49,774 bases of DNA from NCBI RefSeq assembly GCF_001194135.2, contig NC_068984.1, forward strand, positions 42,062,762 to 42,112,535, read 5' to 3'. Both the position numbers and the translations under genes were made by a program. How positions within the stretch are numbered: the stretch's first letter is position 1; every line of letters begins with the position of its first letter. The notes beneath the pieces are model-generated. The model saw only the letters and a list, made by a program, of their open reading frames with translations. It searched no databases and was not told the DNA's origin. Shown here in pieces: positions 1 to 10,126 of this stretch. This stretch comes from Octopus bimaculoides (lineage: Eukaryota).

Positions 1-56
<56 letters not shown>

Positions 57-264
57 GCAATGTTAAATCTCTGAACGAGGTATTAACAGTAACTGCACAA
101 TAAAGTGAAGTATATTTGTCACTTAAATGTGGCTGACCCCGAGGGGTGGATGTTACTGTTGCTTTTAGCCCCAGGAGGACATCTCCTCCAGCTGGCTATA
201 TATATATATATATCCGAAAAAGAAACACACTCTAAAGCATAGAACAATAATGTATTTATATGCT

Positions 265-419
265 GTTAAGTATATGTCTGGTCATAGAGTGACCAATGGT
301 TTCACATCCTCAAAGGGCTTAGCCCCAGGGACGTCTCATCAGACTCTAAAGCCGTCCTTGAGGCTAAGCCCTTTGTGGATCCAAAACCATTGGTTTCTAT
401 GACCGGATATAGACTTAAC
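265..419. repeat. Imperfect inverted repeat containing the hammerhead (inverted partial terminal repeat)
   Basis: Arm 265-334 (gttaagtatatgtctggtcatag...aaagggcttagccccagggacg) is the reverse complement of 353-419 (cgtccttgaggctaagccctttg...ctatgaccggatatagacttaac), with several mismatches. Confidence 0.85.
285..348 (-). ncRNA. Minimal type I hammerhead ribozyme motif (Penelope terminal-repeat type)
   Basis: Minus strand reads TAGAGT-CTGATGA-G-ACGTCCCTGGGGCTAAGCCCTTTGAGGATGT-GAAA-CCATTGG-TC-ACTCTA. Stem I TAGAGT/ACTCTA is 6 WC bp, both core boxes are present, stem III is short with a GUC cleavage triplet, and stem II is ACGTCC/GGATGT plus an inner GGGC/GCCC hairpin. Confidence 0.8.
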
Positions 420-497
420 TACATACATATATTTCGTTTTGGTATTTGGTGTGCAAGATTCTTTCTGCGAATTCGTGTATTGAAGCATATTTTGTTG

Positions 498-688
498 TGT
501 CTGGGGAGAGTCATTGTGTTTTGATGCCTTATGAATTAACACACTCACCAGTTCAGTTTCCACTCATTTACTTATTTATCTTTTATTATTTTTAATTTTT
601 ATTGAAAAATAAATAAGTAAATTAGTGGAAATTGAATCAGTGTGTGTTAATTAATAAGGTATTAAAACAGAATGACTCTCCCCAGACA
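498..688. repeat. Palindromic (fold-back) non-autonomous element, ~85-bp arms
   Basis: tgtctggggagagtcatt...ttccactcatttacttattta pairs with taaataagtaaattagtggaaa...aatgactctccccagaca around an AT-rich loop. Confidence 0.75.
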
Positions 689-701
689 ATAATATATATA
701 T

Positions 702-806
702 GGGAGAATATACGAAAAAACAACAACAGACGAGGACAGGTGGTGTAAATAACAAAAGGATGTATTAGTATGACGCTCGGGAATACGGAAAGTCTTTGAC
801 GTTTCG
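702..806 (-). repeat. Penelope-type terminal-repeat fragment carrying the 3' half of a minimal hammerhead (CGAAACGTC)
   Basis: Minus strand begins TCGAAACGTCAAAGACTTTCC directly after an (AT)n tract; the CTGANGA half is absent. Confidence 0.5.
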
Positions 807-821
807 ATATATATATATATC

Positions 822-2280
822 AAACTCATCTCCAGATATCTTGACCGTGTCCTTGCCCCTCCCCCCTAGTAGCTTCCCTCCCCTCTCACATCCATGACAC
901 CAACCATGCACTTCGTTTGTTCAACTCTTTCTCTTTCCTGCCTGGCCCCTCTAAACTTCTCTTAACTCTCGACATCCAGAGCCTATACACGATGATCCCT
1001 CACCACGAGGGGCTGCGTGCACTCCAATATTTCCCTGACCTTCAACCCAACCCCCAACCTAACACAGCCACACTCGTTCATCTGGCCGAACTTGTCCTCT
1101 CACTCAACTGATTTTCGTTCGCTGGTGATTTTTACCAGCAAATCTCGGGATTGGCCATGGGAATGAGAATGGGCCCCAACTATGCGAACCTGTTAGTTGG
1201 TTACGTTGAGGCCCAAATATTCTCAAGTTTCACCGGTCCCACTCCCGAAGTATACGGGTGTTATATTGACGACTGTATTGGTGCAACCTCACTCTCCCAT
1301 GAACATCTAGACTCCTTCCTCTCTTTTGTCAAATCTTTCCATCCTGCCCTCCACTTCTCCTGCACTATCTCTGACACCTCTGTCTCCTTTCTTGACATAT
1401 CGGTCAGCATTCATCACTCCTCTCTCACCACCTCCATCCACTACAAACACACAGACTCACTCTCATACCTCAACTTCACCTCCTCCCAACCTAAGCACGC
1501 CAAGCTTTCTATCCCCTATCCCCAATTAATCTGCCTACACAGGCTCTGTAGTGACGACCATGACTTTGAGACTCAGTCTCAACTCATGGCTCGCCACATC
1601 ATCCTACGTGGATATCTCCTCACCACTACCCACACCGCCCTTGCCAGAGCACTTCCATGGATCGTGCATCTGTTCTCTCCCCTGCACCTGCCCTGCCGTC
1701 TCCTGTCTCCCCTCACCTACCACCCCACCACCCTACCTCTCCAACGCACCATTCTCTGAGCCTTTCGGCGACTCCAGTCCGGCCCCTCTACTTCGCACAT
1801 CTTCCCTAACCGACTCCTCCTCTCCTTCAAATGAGCCCACAACCTATGAGACCTCTTGGTATACAGCTTCTTCCCTAACCCAACCTCCCAACCCGTATCG
1901 TTCTCCTGCTCCCACCCACGCTGCCGCACTTCCCCTTACCTCTCCAACACTACTCTCCTCACAAGCACCCATCACCGACTCCTTCACCTGCACTTCTTCC
2001 TATGTCATCTACTGTATCTCCTGCTCTCTGCCCTTCTCTATACATCGGGCAAATGGGACGCCGCTTGGCTGACTGATTCGCAGAACAACACCTAGACATC
2101 TGACTTGGCAATGACACCCTGGTCTCACACCATTTCTGCTCTACCGGTCACTCTTTGCAACACCTGTCTGTGTTTGGATTGTCCTTGCACAGGGACCGTC
2201 TGGACTTCCGTTTGCTTCGTGAACAGGGATTAATCTTCTCTCTTCACACCTTGGCTCCACATGGGCTCAACTCTCCTCCC
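822..2280 (+). mobile_element. Penelope-like retroelement, 5'-truncated and disrupted (RT + GIY-YIG endonuclease)
   Basis: Frame-shifted RT motifs LLTLDIQSLYT.IPH, AMGMRMGPNYANL and YIDD. The C-terminal GIY-YIG-type region reads FTCTSSYVIYCISC...YIGQMGR.L...VSHHFCSTGHS...REQGLIFSLHTLAPHGLN. Stops and frameshifts are present. Confidence 0.9.
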
Positions 2281-3037
2281 CTCTTCATCTGACCTCTTCT
2301 CCTCTCCTCTCTCCCCCTCCCACCTACCTCTCCTCTCTTGTTCCAACCCCTGCTTCTCTTCACTACAACTCTCTTCTCTTCACTCTTACCCATCTTCTCC
2401 CTTCCCCCNNNNNNNNNNNNNNNNNNAGAACAGACCAAGTTCCCGGTTAAATAACTCTTGAGTATATTGAAAATTCACTATTTCTGTTTCTTAATGTTCA
2501 ATACCAATTTTTTGTTGAAGACAAAGGGAAAAGTTTACAAACATCTTCAACTGTCACAACATATTTGCAACATCCTTTTTCTCCTCTTGCTTTTCCAATA
2601 TTCTTTTTCTCATTCTCTCCATTCACATTCTGCATACCCATCACCTTTCTTGAAGGCTAACATGGATTGGAGGAATCTGCTGTACAACTTCTCTTCATCT
2701 ATTTCTGTCTTATATTATCTTTAGCATAGAATAAATTCTCTAGTGGTGGCATGGAATAAACTACTTATGTTGTTAACTACTGGGACTTGGCTTCCTTCAA
2801 AAAATTCTAAGCTTCCTGACATTTGCCATTGCTATTCCTGATGTGAATACACACCCTATTCTCTCCTTGGCTTTTTTACTCTTCACTTTTCTGTCTTGTT
2901 TTTTTTTTTTATTCTGTATACTGTGCATCTAGTTTTGGCTTTTATTGCTGTCATTTTTCACTTGACTTATTGTTGCTTTCTGTCCCCTCTTTTACCCTTT
3001 TCCTATGAATTGTAGTTCATATGAGCTCCACAATAAG

Positions 3038-3072
<35 letters not shown>

Positions 3073-3105
3073 CATTATTATTATTATTATTACTACTACT
3101 ACTAC

Positions 3106-3138
<33 letters not shown>
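3038..3138. repeat. (ATT)n/(ACT)n microsatellite
   Basis: Direct reading of the trinucleotide run. Confidence 0.95.
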
Positions 3139-3139
<1 letters not shown>

Positions 3140-3785
3140 GTGATGAGCTGGCAAAATCATTAGCATGCTGAGTAAAATGCTTAGTGGCATTTCGTTTGTC
3201 CTTATGTTCTGAGTTCAAATTCCACTGAGGTTGATTTTTGCCTTTCATCCTTTTGGTGACTCTATAAAATAAGTTCCAGTTGAACATTGATGTCAACGTA
3301 ATTGACTTAACTCCTCTCCTGAACTTGCTGGCCTTGTGCCAATATTTGAAATCACTATTATTATTATTGTTAAGGTAGCAAACTGGCAGAATCATTGGCA
3401 TTCCGGACAAAATGTTTAGTGGCAGTTAATCTGCCTTTACGCTCCAAGTTCACATTCTGCTGAGGTCAACTTTGCGTTTTTATCTTTCAGGGTTGATGGA
3501 AAAAGTACCAGTTGAGCACTGGAGTTAATGTAATTGACCAGCCCCNNNNNNNNNNNNCCCCCTCCAAAATTGCAGGCCTTGTGCCTATAGTTGAAAAGAT
3601 TATTATTATTGAAGTGGTGAGCTGGCAGAGTCATTAGCATGCTTGACAAAATGTATAGTGGCATGTCATCTGGTTTTAACTTCTGAGTTAAAATTCTGCC
3701 TAGGTCAGTTTTGCTTTTCATCCTCTTCTGAGGTTGATCAATTTAATTTCCTAAACCACTTCCCCCAAGTTTTAGGCCTTGTCTT
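3139..3785 (+). mobile_element. Head-to-tail array of three copies of a ~215-bp tRNA-like SINE
   Basis: Repeated unit gagctggcagaat..ttagca..aaatgcttag..ctgagttcaaattc (B-box-like GTTCAAAT)..tttgcctttcatcc..gtaccag..ggccttgtgcc, with copies separated by (ATT)n. Confidence 0.85.
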
Positions 3786-4565
3786 GTTCATGAGGCCCAC
3801 TGTTCTAACCTAAGTGTTTTCTTCTAAATATTCCTTTGTTTTGCTTTTACTATGAATACAAAACCATTGTTGCATGACACTTGGAAACCATTGTTGCATG
3901 ATGCTTTCTCAGAAAACATATGACAAATATAATGGCTTGTTGAGGGAAATCTTTAGAACTCAAATATTTAAAATAGTTGAGAAATAGAATGTGAGCCCAC
4001 GAGAGTGTCTCTACATGGTCAATTGATCTCATAGAAACAGAAGTCAGGTCTTTTCAGATCATACGTTACTATCATAAGGACATTTGAAAATGTAAGTCCT
4101 GCCTTCTTTTAAAAAGATGGAATGATCATGGCTGAATGGAATATCTTTGATCATAAGTTTGTTTGCTCAATGTTGACCTGGGGTTAAATAACAAAAACTG
4201 AAGTACTGTTTTTGTTAATGAGAGACCTTGCTTGTGGTCTCACAATATCTTTGAAGTTACAGGAAAGATACATTGAGTAATGTAGTCCTAGTTAAACTAT
4301 ACTTGAAAAAGAGAAATACCTTGCTGGTTAGCTGGAATGATTCATGACTCTCACATGGGGCAAAATAACAGCTGAAATAGAATTGGTGTTTTTAGTTCTT
4401 ATTCCCAAGTCTCAGATCTTGTACATAAGGATTAAGAAGTTACGAGTTTAACATATTGAGTTCTGCTTTGTGTTCTGTTATGTTTTTATTAATAATTCTT
4501 TAATAATTTATCCACACTTTCAGTTTTCCCTTTCCATTAATCATATTTAATTCAATTCATTTCAG

Positions 4566-4644
4566 TGAGTGACACCTGTTTTTCAAAGAAAGCAGATGAC
4601 AAAAGTGGAGCTGGTCTCCGTGCTCTCATTCTAGAAGATCGAAT
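4566..4644 (+). CDS. GPHN: Gephyrin/MogA-like G-domain internal exon (79 nt; equivalent to vertebrate exon 2)
   Basis: tttcag|TGAGTGAC...GATCGAAT|gtaagt. Translates (V)SDTCFSKKADDKSGAGLRALILEDR(I), matching the MogA/gephyrin SD.C.....D.SG motif. Phase 1 in, phase 2 out. Confidence 0.93.
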
Positions 4645-7059
4645 GTAAGTATTGTGGTGTTTAATTTTATTTGTTTTTGTTGATGTTTTTCTTATTGTTG
4701 ACTATCCTATCCCCAGTTTATAATAAATATTTAGGCTATCTGTTTATCCATCAATTGCCTCCTGTGCTGGTGGCACGTAAAAAGCACCTACTACACTCTT
4801 GGAGTGGCTGGTGTTAGGAAGGGCATCCAGCTGTAGGAACATTGCCTGATTTTAAGTGTTACAAAAAGCAGAGCTACAAACACATCCTGTGGATTCTTAT
4901 GGAAAATATCAAACATATCAAAATGAAGAGTTTCATCATCATCATTGTTTTAATGTCTGTTTCTATGCTTGCATGGGTTGGATGGAATGTTTTGAGATGG
5001 GTTTTCAATGGCTGGGTGTTTTTCCTGTCACCAACCCTCATGGTGATAGTACTCCATACATGCACGAACATATAAACACACAAATATCATCTTCATCATT
5101 TGAGGACCATCTTCCATGCTGGCATGGGTTGGATGGTTTGATAGGATCTGATGTGTCCAAGGAATGCATTGTGCTCCTGTGTTTGCCTTGACATGGTTTC
5201 TATGGCTGAATGTCCTCCCTAACACCAACCACTTTATAGCATGTATTTGGTGCTTGTTTCATTTCACCAGCGTTATCAAGGTTTCTATGCAGCTTGCATG
5301 ACTGTGAATCCCAGGGGAGGTGGGGCCAGCATCATGCTAGGGGACAAAGGGATAAAGTATGAAAGAAGTGTGGTAGGGAGTCAGAACTGGTTCTTGAAGA
5401 GGATCTGCATGGCTGCTCACATTTAGTAGATGAAAGGAGAGAAAGAGAAAAGAGAAATGATCAGTAGGAGCAGCAAAGAAATAATGATGATAGGGTGCCT
5501 ATGTGGCCCCTCAAATCACAAGGTGATTAGAAGTGGATAAGTGGGTGGTTTGCAAGATTGTTTGGGGAGGAGAAGATGAGGGAATAGTGGGATAAACTAA
5601 CTGTAAAAATTGGGTAGGGTTAAGGATGAATGGTCAATGAACCCTGAGTTGAGGAAGATAGAGGGATGTATAAGAGAGTGGAGTGGGGCAAGTGTCAGGA
5701 TAACAATGATGATAGAGTTGGCAAGCAGAGTACAGGACAGAGAGATGATAGGGCTGGGTAGTCTGCAGAAGCTAGGGTGGTGTAGTGGGGTGGGGCACAA
5801 TGATGGGCTTCTTTCAGTTTCCTTCCACCAAATCCATTCTCAAGGCTTTCATTGGCCTGGAGCTATAGTAGAAGACACTTGCTCTGCAGTGGGACTTAAT
5901 CCAAAACCACATGGTGGTGAAGCAAACTTCTTATCATACAGCTATGCCTGTGTCTATATTCACAATATTTTCAAGGAATATCTGGATATCATTAAAAAAA
6001 GGAAAAGTGCACTCAAAAGTATATAAAACGAATGTGTGTGTGTACATTTTCTTGAGATCAATCCTACATAATTCTATTATAAAATTAGTTTTAATACCCA
6101 ATCATCTTGGCACAAGCTTATAAACATTTTGTGTCTTGTGTGATATATATTTGGAAGATAATATAAACACAGAATGGGTTGAATGCTGGGTCTTCAGATT
6201 AAAAAATGTGAACATGACTCATTTCCTGTCAAGTCTTACTATTACAAGTAAGACCTGACTGATCAAAACAGTTTATTTTCTTGCTAGCATATGAAACAAG
6301 TATGAACAGGAGTTGTCCACCATCATAATCAAATAGTTAGGTCCTCTTTAGCCTGTTGAAATGTCAAACTGTTTTTGCCTCTTAGTCATAACACTGTGTT
6401 GGGCGTCTTAAGCACTTCCTCAGTGATACTATAATCTGGTTGGAATATTTCTTAGTCATAACTGTTTTGGGTGTTAACTTGTTTAGTTAAGGTTTTTTTT
6501 TATAATATTTTTTTAATCAGTAGATCTAATTTGTAAATAAAGAATAATTAATTTATTAATTAATGTAAATAAATAAGATAAAATGTGATTAAATAAATTT
6601 CTGTATGACTTTTTTTGGCATGCTGCTATTGCTGCTTGGGTTAAAAAAAAGTGAGGGAGAGAGAGAGAAAGAGAGAGAGAGAGAGGCTCTGAGTAAATTG
6701 TTCTTGAATAAGTTGGTAAGTAAACTAGTGTTTTCAAATGTGGAGTCCAAAATGTGCAACATGAGTACTCTGTCCAGTATCCTGTGAGTAGAGTGAATTG
6801 TGAAGCAGTTGAGAGTTGTTTCATGGGAGCAGTTTTGTAAGTGTATGCTAAGAGATTAAAGATAAGTCTAAAGAATAAAGTAAACACTTGTTCTTGGATT
6901 TATAAATGCAGTCTTAGTAAAACATGAAGAATTACAGATTTTACTTTTATAGAAAGTAATAGAACATAAGTTTCTGTATTTTTATTATGATAGTCCCGCC
7001 ACTTCCCTAACAACTGAATCTATATTATGACATTAGCAGTTGTCGTTGGCATCGTTGAG

Positions 7060-7945
7060 GCAGAAGTGAGCTGGCAGAATCCTTAGCACACCGGACAAAA
7101 TGCTTAGTGGTATTTTGCCTGTTACTATGTTTTGGGTTCAAATTCTGCCGAGGTCGACTTTACCTTTCATCCTTTTGGGGTTGATAAATTAAGTACCAGT
7201 TAAACACTGAGTTGATGTAACTGATTAATCCCCTCCCCCAAAATTTCAGGCCTTGTGCCTATTGTAGAAAGGATTATTATTATTATCAAGGCTGCGAGTT
7301 GGCAGAATTGTTACTGTGAAAAATTGCTTAGCAGTATTTTGTCCATCTTTACATTCTGAGTTCAAATTCCGTCAGTGTTAACCTTGCCTTTCTTCCTATC
7401 GGGGTCAATAAATTAAGTACCAGTGAAACACTGGGGTCAATGTGATCGACTGTTCTCCTCCCCACAAAATCCAGTCCTTGTGTTAATAGTAAAAAAGATT
7501 ACTATTATTATTATTATGGAAGTGACCTGGCAGACCATTAGCATGCTGAACAAAATGTTTAGTGGCATTTCGTTCATTGTTACATTCTGAGTTCAAATAC
7601 CACTGAGGTTGACTTTGTTTTTAATTCTTTCATGGTTGATAAAATAAGTACCAGTGAAGTACTGGGGTCAATGTAATCAATGATCCTCTTCCTTCAGATT
7701 TCAGGCTTTGTGCCTATAATAGAAAGGATTATTATTAAGGTAGCAAGCTGGCAGTATCATTAGCACAATGGACAAAATGCTTAGCTGCATTTCATCCACC
7801 TTTACATTCAAATTTCACCAAAGTCAACTTTGACTTTTATCCTTTTTGGGGGGTCAATAAAATAAGCACCATCCAAGTACTGAGGTCAATGTAATTGTCT
7901 TCTCCCACCCCCAAAATTACTGGCCTTGTGCCAACAATTGAAATG
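7060..7945 (+). mobile_element. Head-to-tail array of four copies of the same ~215-bp SINE
   Basis: Units start at about 7062, 7288, 7517 and 7737, each separated by a short (ATT)n. Confidence 0.85.
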
Positions 7946-7949
7946 TTGG

Positions 7950-8482
7950 GAACTATCCTGGATAATTTCCAGATGTTCTTGACCTGGCAGTGCTACTTGG
8001 GGGCAGGGAGTGCTATTGGTTCAAGATAAACTCTACAGGCATGGATGGGCTGTCAGATGGTCTTGTCTGAGATGCGTGCAGAGTGACAAAACCATTCTGC
8101 ACAGACTTGTCCAGTGTCCAGGCATTGCTGACTTGTGGGGTTATGTTGAATAGCTACTGTCATGTGTGGGATGGATCCTTCTATCAGCTGAGTCTGTAGT
8201 GATGATTGCTCCACCGCCCTCCTTCAATCAAGCAGGCAGGACAGTTTTCCTTTGCCTGGTGGCTGTAGTGAAAGAGGTTGTTTGGTGGACAAGGCCAAAA
8301 GGCATGAGATGAGGACAGTTAGATTCCTCTTTGGTAGAGCTCTCATTGACTTCAAGTTTCACTTGAAAAAGAAATTGAGAGTGGAGAGGGAAGTGCTATC
8401 TTTCAGTGAATTTACTGAAAGGTGGGTGAAAGTTGTGAGAATAGCAAGAGTGGATGGTATCTCTCTAAGTGTAGACCTGTGA
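7950..8482 (+). mobile_element. L1/Tx1-clade LINE ORF2 C-terminal remnant
   Basis: CCHC knuckle CLRCVQSDKTILHRLVQC, followed by a frame ending ...LFGRALIDFKFHLKKKLRVEREVLSFSEFTERWVKVVRIARVDGISLSVDL*. In-frame stops are present. Confidence 0.6.
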
Positions 8483-8785
8483 GTCAGAGAGAAAGAATTG
8501 GAGTGGGCACTTACTCTTGGTGTTCAGGCAAATCTTGGATAGTGTGGTTCTTTGATTATCCATAAATGTCATCCTGTTTCAGAAGGGCTGCATCTCTATC
8601 ATCCTCTCACGCCCACTTTTTTTTAACCTTTGTATACTACAAATATGTCCCTTTCATTTCATTGTATATTATGTATGCTTAATTGTTTTTTAATAATTAT
8701 TTTATTTCATTGTATGTGAACCTCCACACTTTATGCCTGTCTTTGTATTGTCCTCCTCATCCTTCGCCCTAGTGGCAAATAAATG

Positions 8786-8788
<3 letters not shown>

Positions 8789-8840
<52 letters not shown>

Positions 8841-8865
8841 TATTATTATTATTATTATTATTATT
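8789..8865. repeat. (CAT)n-(ATT)n compound microsatellite
   Basis: Direct reading. Confidence 0.95.
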
Positions 8866-8872
8866 GTTTATT

Positions 8873-9545
8873 AAGGTGGCAAGTTAGCAGAATTGTTAGC
8901 ATGCTGGACGAAATGCTGAGCAGTATTTTATCTGTTGCTACGTTCTGAGTTCAAATTCTGCCAAGGTTGACTTTGCCTTTCATCGTTTTGGGGTCAATAA
9001 ATTAAGTACCAGTGAAACACTGGGGTCCAGTGTATTCAACCAGTCCCCTCCCTACAAGTTTCAGGCTTTGTGCCTATAGTAGAAAAAAATTATTATTATT
9101 GAGGTGGTGAGCTGGCAGAATTGTTAGCACGCTGGATGAAACGGCTTAGCAGTATTTTGCTCATTGCTACATTCTGAGTTCAAATTCTGCCAAGGTTGAC
9201 TTTGCCTTTCATCCTTTTGGGGTCGATAAATTAAATACCAGTGAAACACTGGGGTTGATGAAATCAACTAGTCCCCTCCACTAAAATTTCAAGGCCTTGT
9301 GTCTTCAGTAGAAAGGGTTATTATTATTATTATCACTATTATTTAGAATCAGTGGACAAAAGTCCTTAAGATATTTGTTTCATCTCTTTATGTTAGGAGT
9401 TCAAATCTTACCAAGGTTAACTTTGCCTTTCATCCCTCTGGGGGTGGGCATCCATAAGATAAAGTACCAGTCAAAAATGAAGTCCATTTTATTGACCAAC
9501 CCTTCCCCAACAAATAATTTATGATTTTGTGCCTTCATTTGAAAT
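8873..9545 (+). mobile_element. Head-to-tail array of three copies of the same ~215-bp SINE
   Basis: Units start at about 8874, 9101 and 9345 (the last is decayed), with (ATT)n spacers. Confidence 0.8.
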
Positions 9546-9823
9546 TGTTATTATTATTATTATTACATTATTATCAAAACAGTTCTTTGGCAGATATGCT
9601 AGTACTAAATCTAAATATCTTGCTGTGGTTTTCAAAACTGCCAGAGTTAGTTTTGGCTTTCAGTCACTCCAAGGTTGTTAAAGTAAAAGTGAAAAAATAC
9701 GCTTGAGGATTAAATCAACTCCACCGTTTCCTTATTCATTTTTGGCTTTGTGTCACTGTTAGAAATTCTTTTTATATTTGAACTAAACAGCTGTTTATAA
9801 TGTTCTTTGTTATTGTTTCATAG

Positions 9824-9881
9824 TATTCCAGGTGTAGTTGAAGTACAACAAGTGGTTGCAGATGAACTACTTGAAATTAAG
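9824..9881 (+). CDS. GPHN: Gephyrin G-domain internal exon (58 nt; equivalent to exon 3)
   Basis: tttcatag|TATTCCAGG...GAAATTAAG|gtttgt. Translates (I)IPGVVEVQQVVADELLEIK, equivalent to the VPDE..EIK motif. Phase 2 to 0 joins the flanking exons in frame. Confidence 0.88.
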
Positions 9882-9946
9882 GTTTGTTTTAATTTTTTTG
9901 TGTGTGTCTGTATATAGCGTGTAATATATATATATGTTTATTTATA

Positions 9947-9994
<48 letters not shown>

Positions 9995-10088
9995 GATTCG
10001 ATCAACTGGAACCCTCGATGTCGTAACAACAACTGTTATATTATAATATATATATATATATATGTCTGTGTGTGTGTATGTGTGTGTG

Positions 10089-10126
<38 letters not shown>

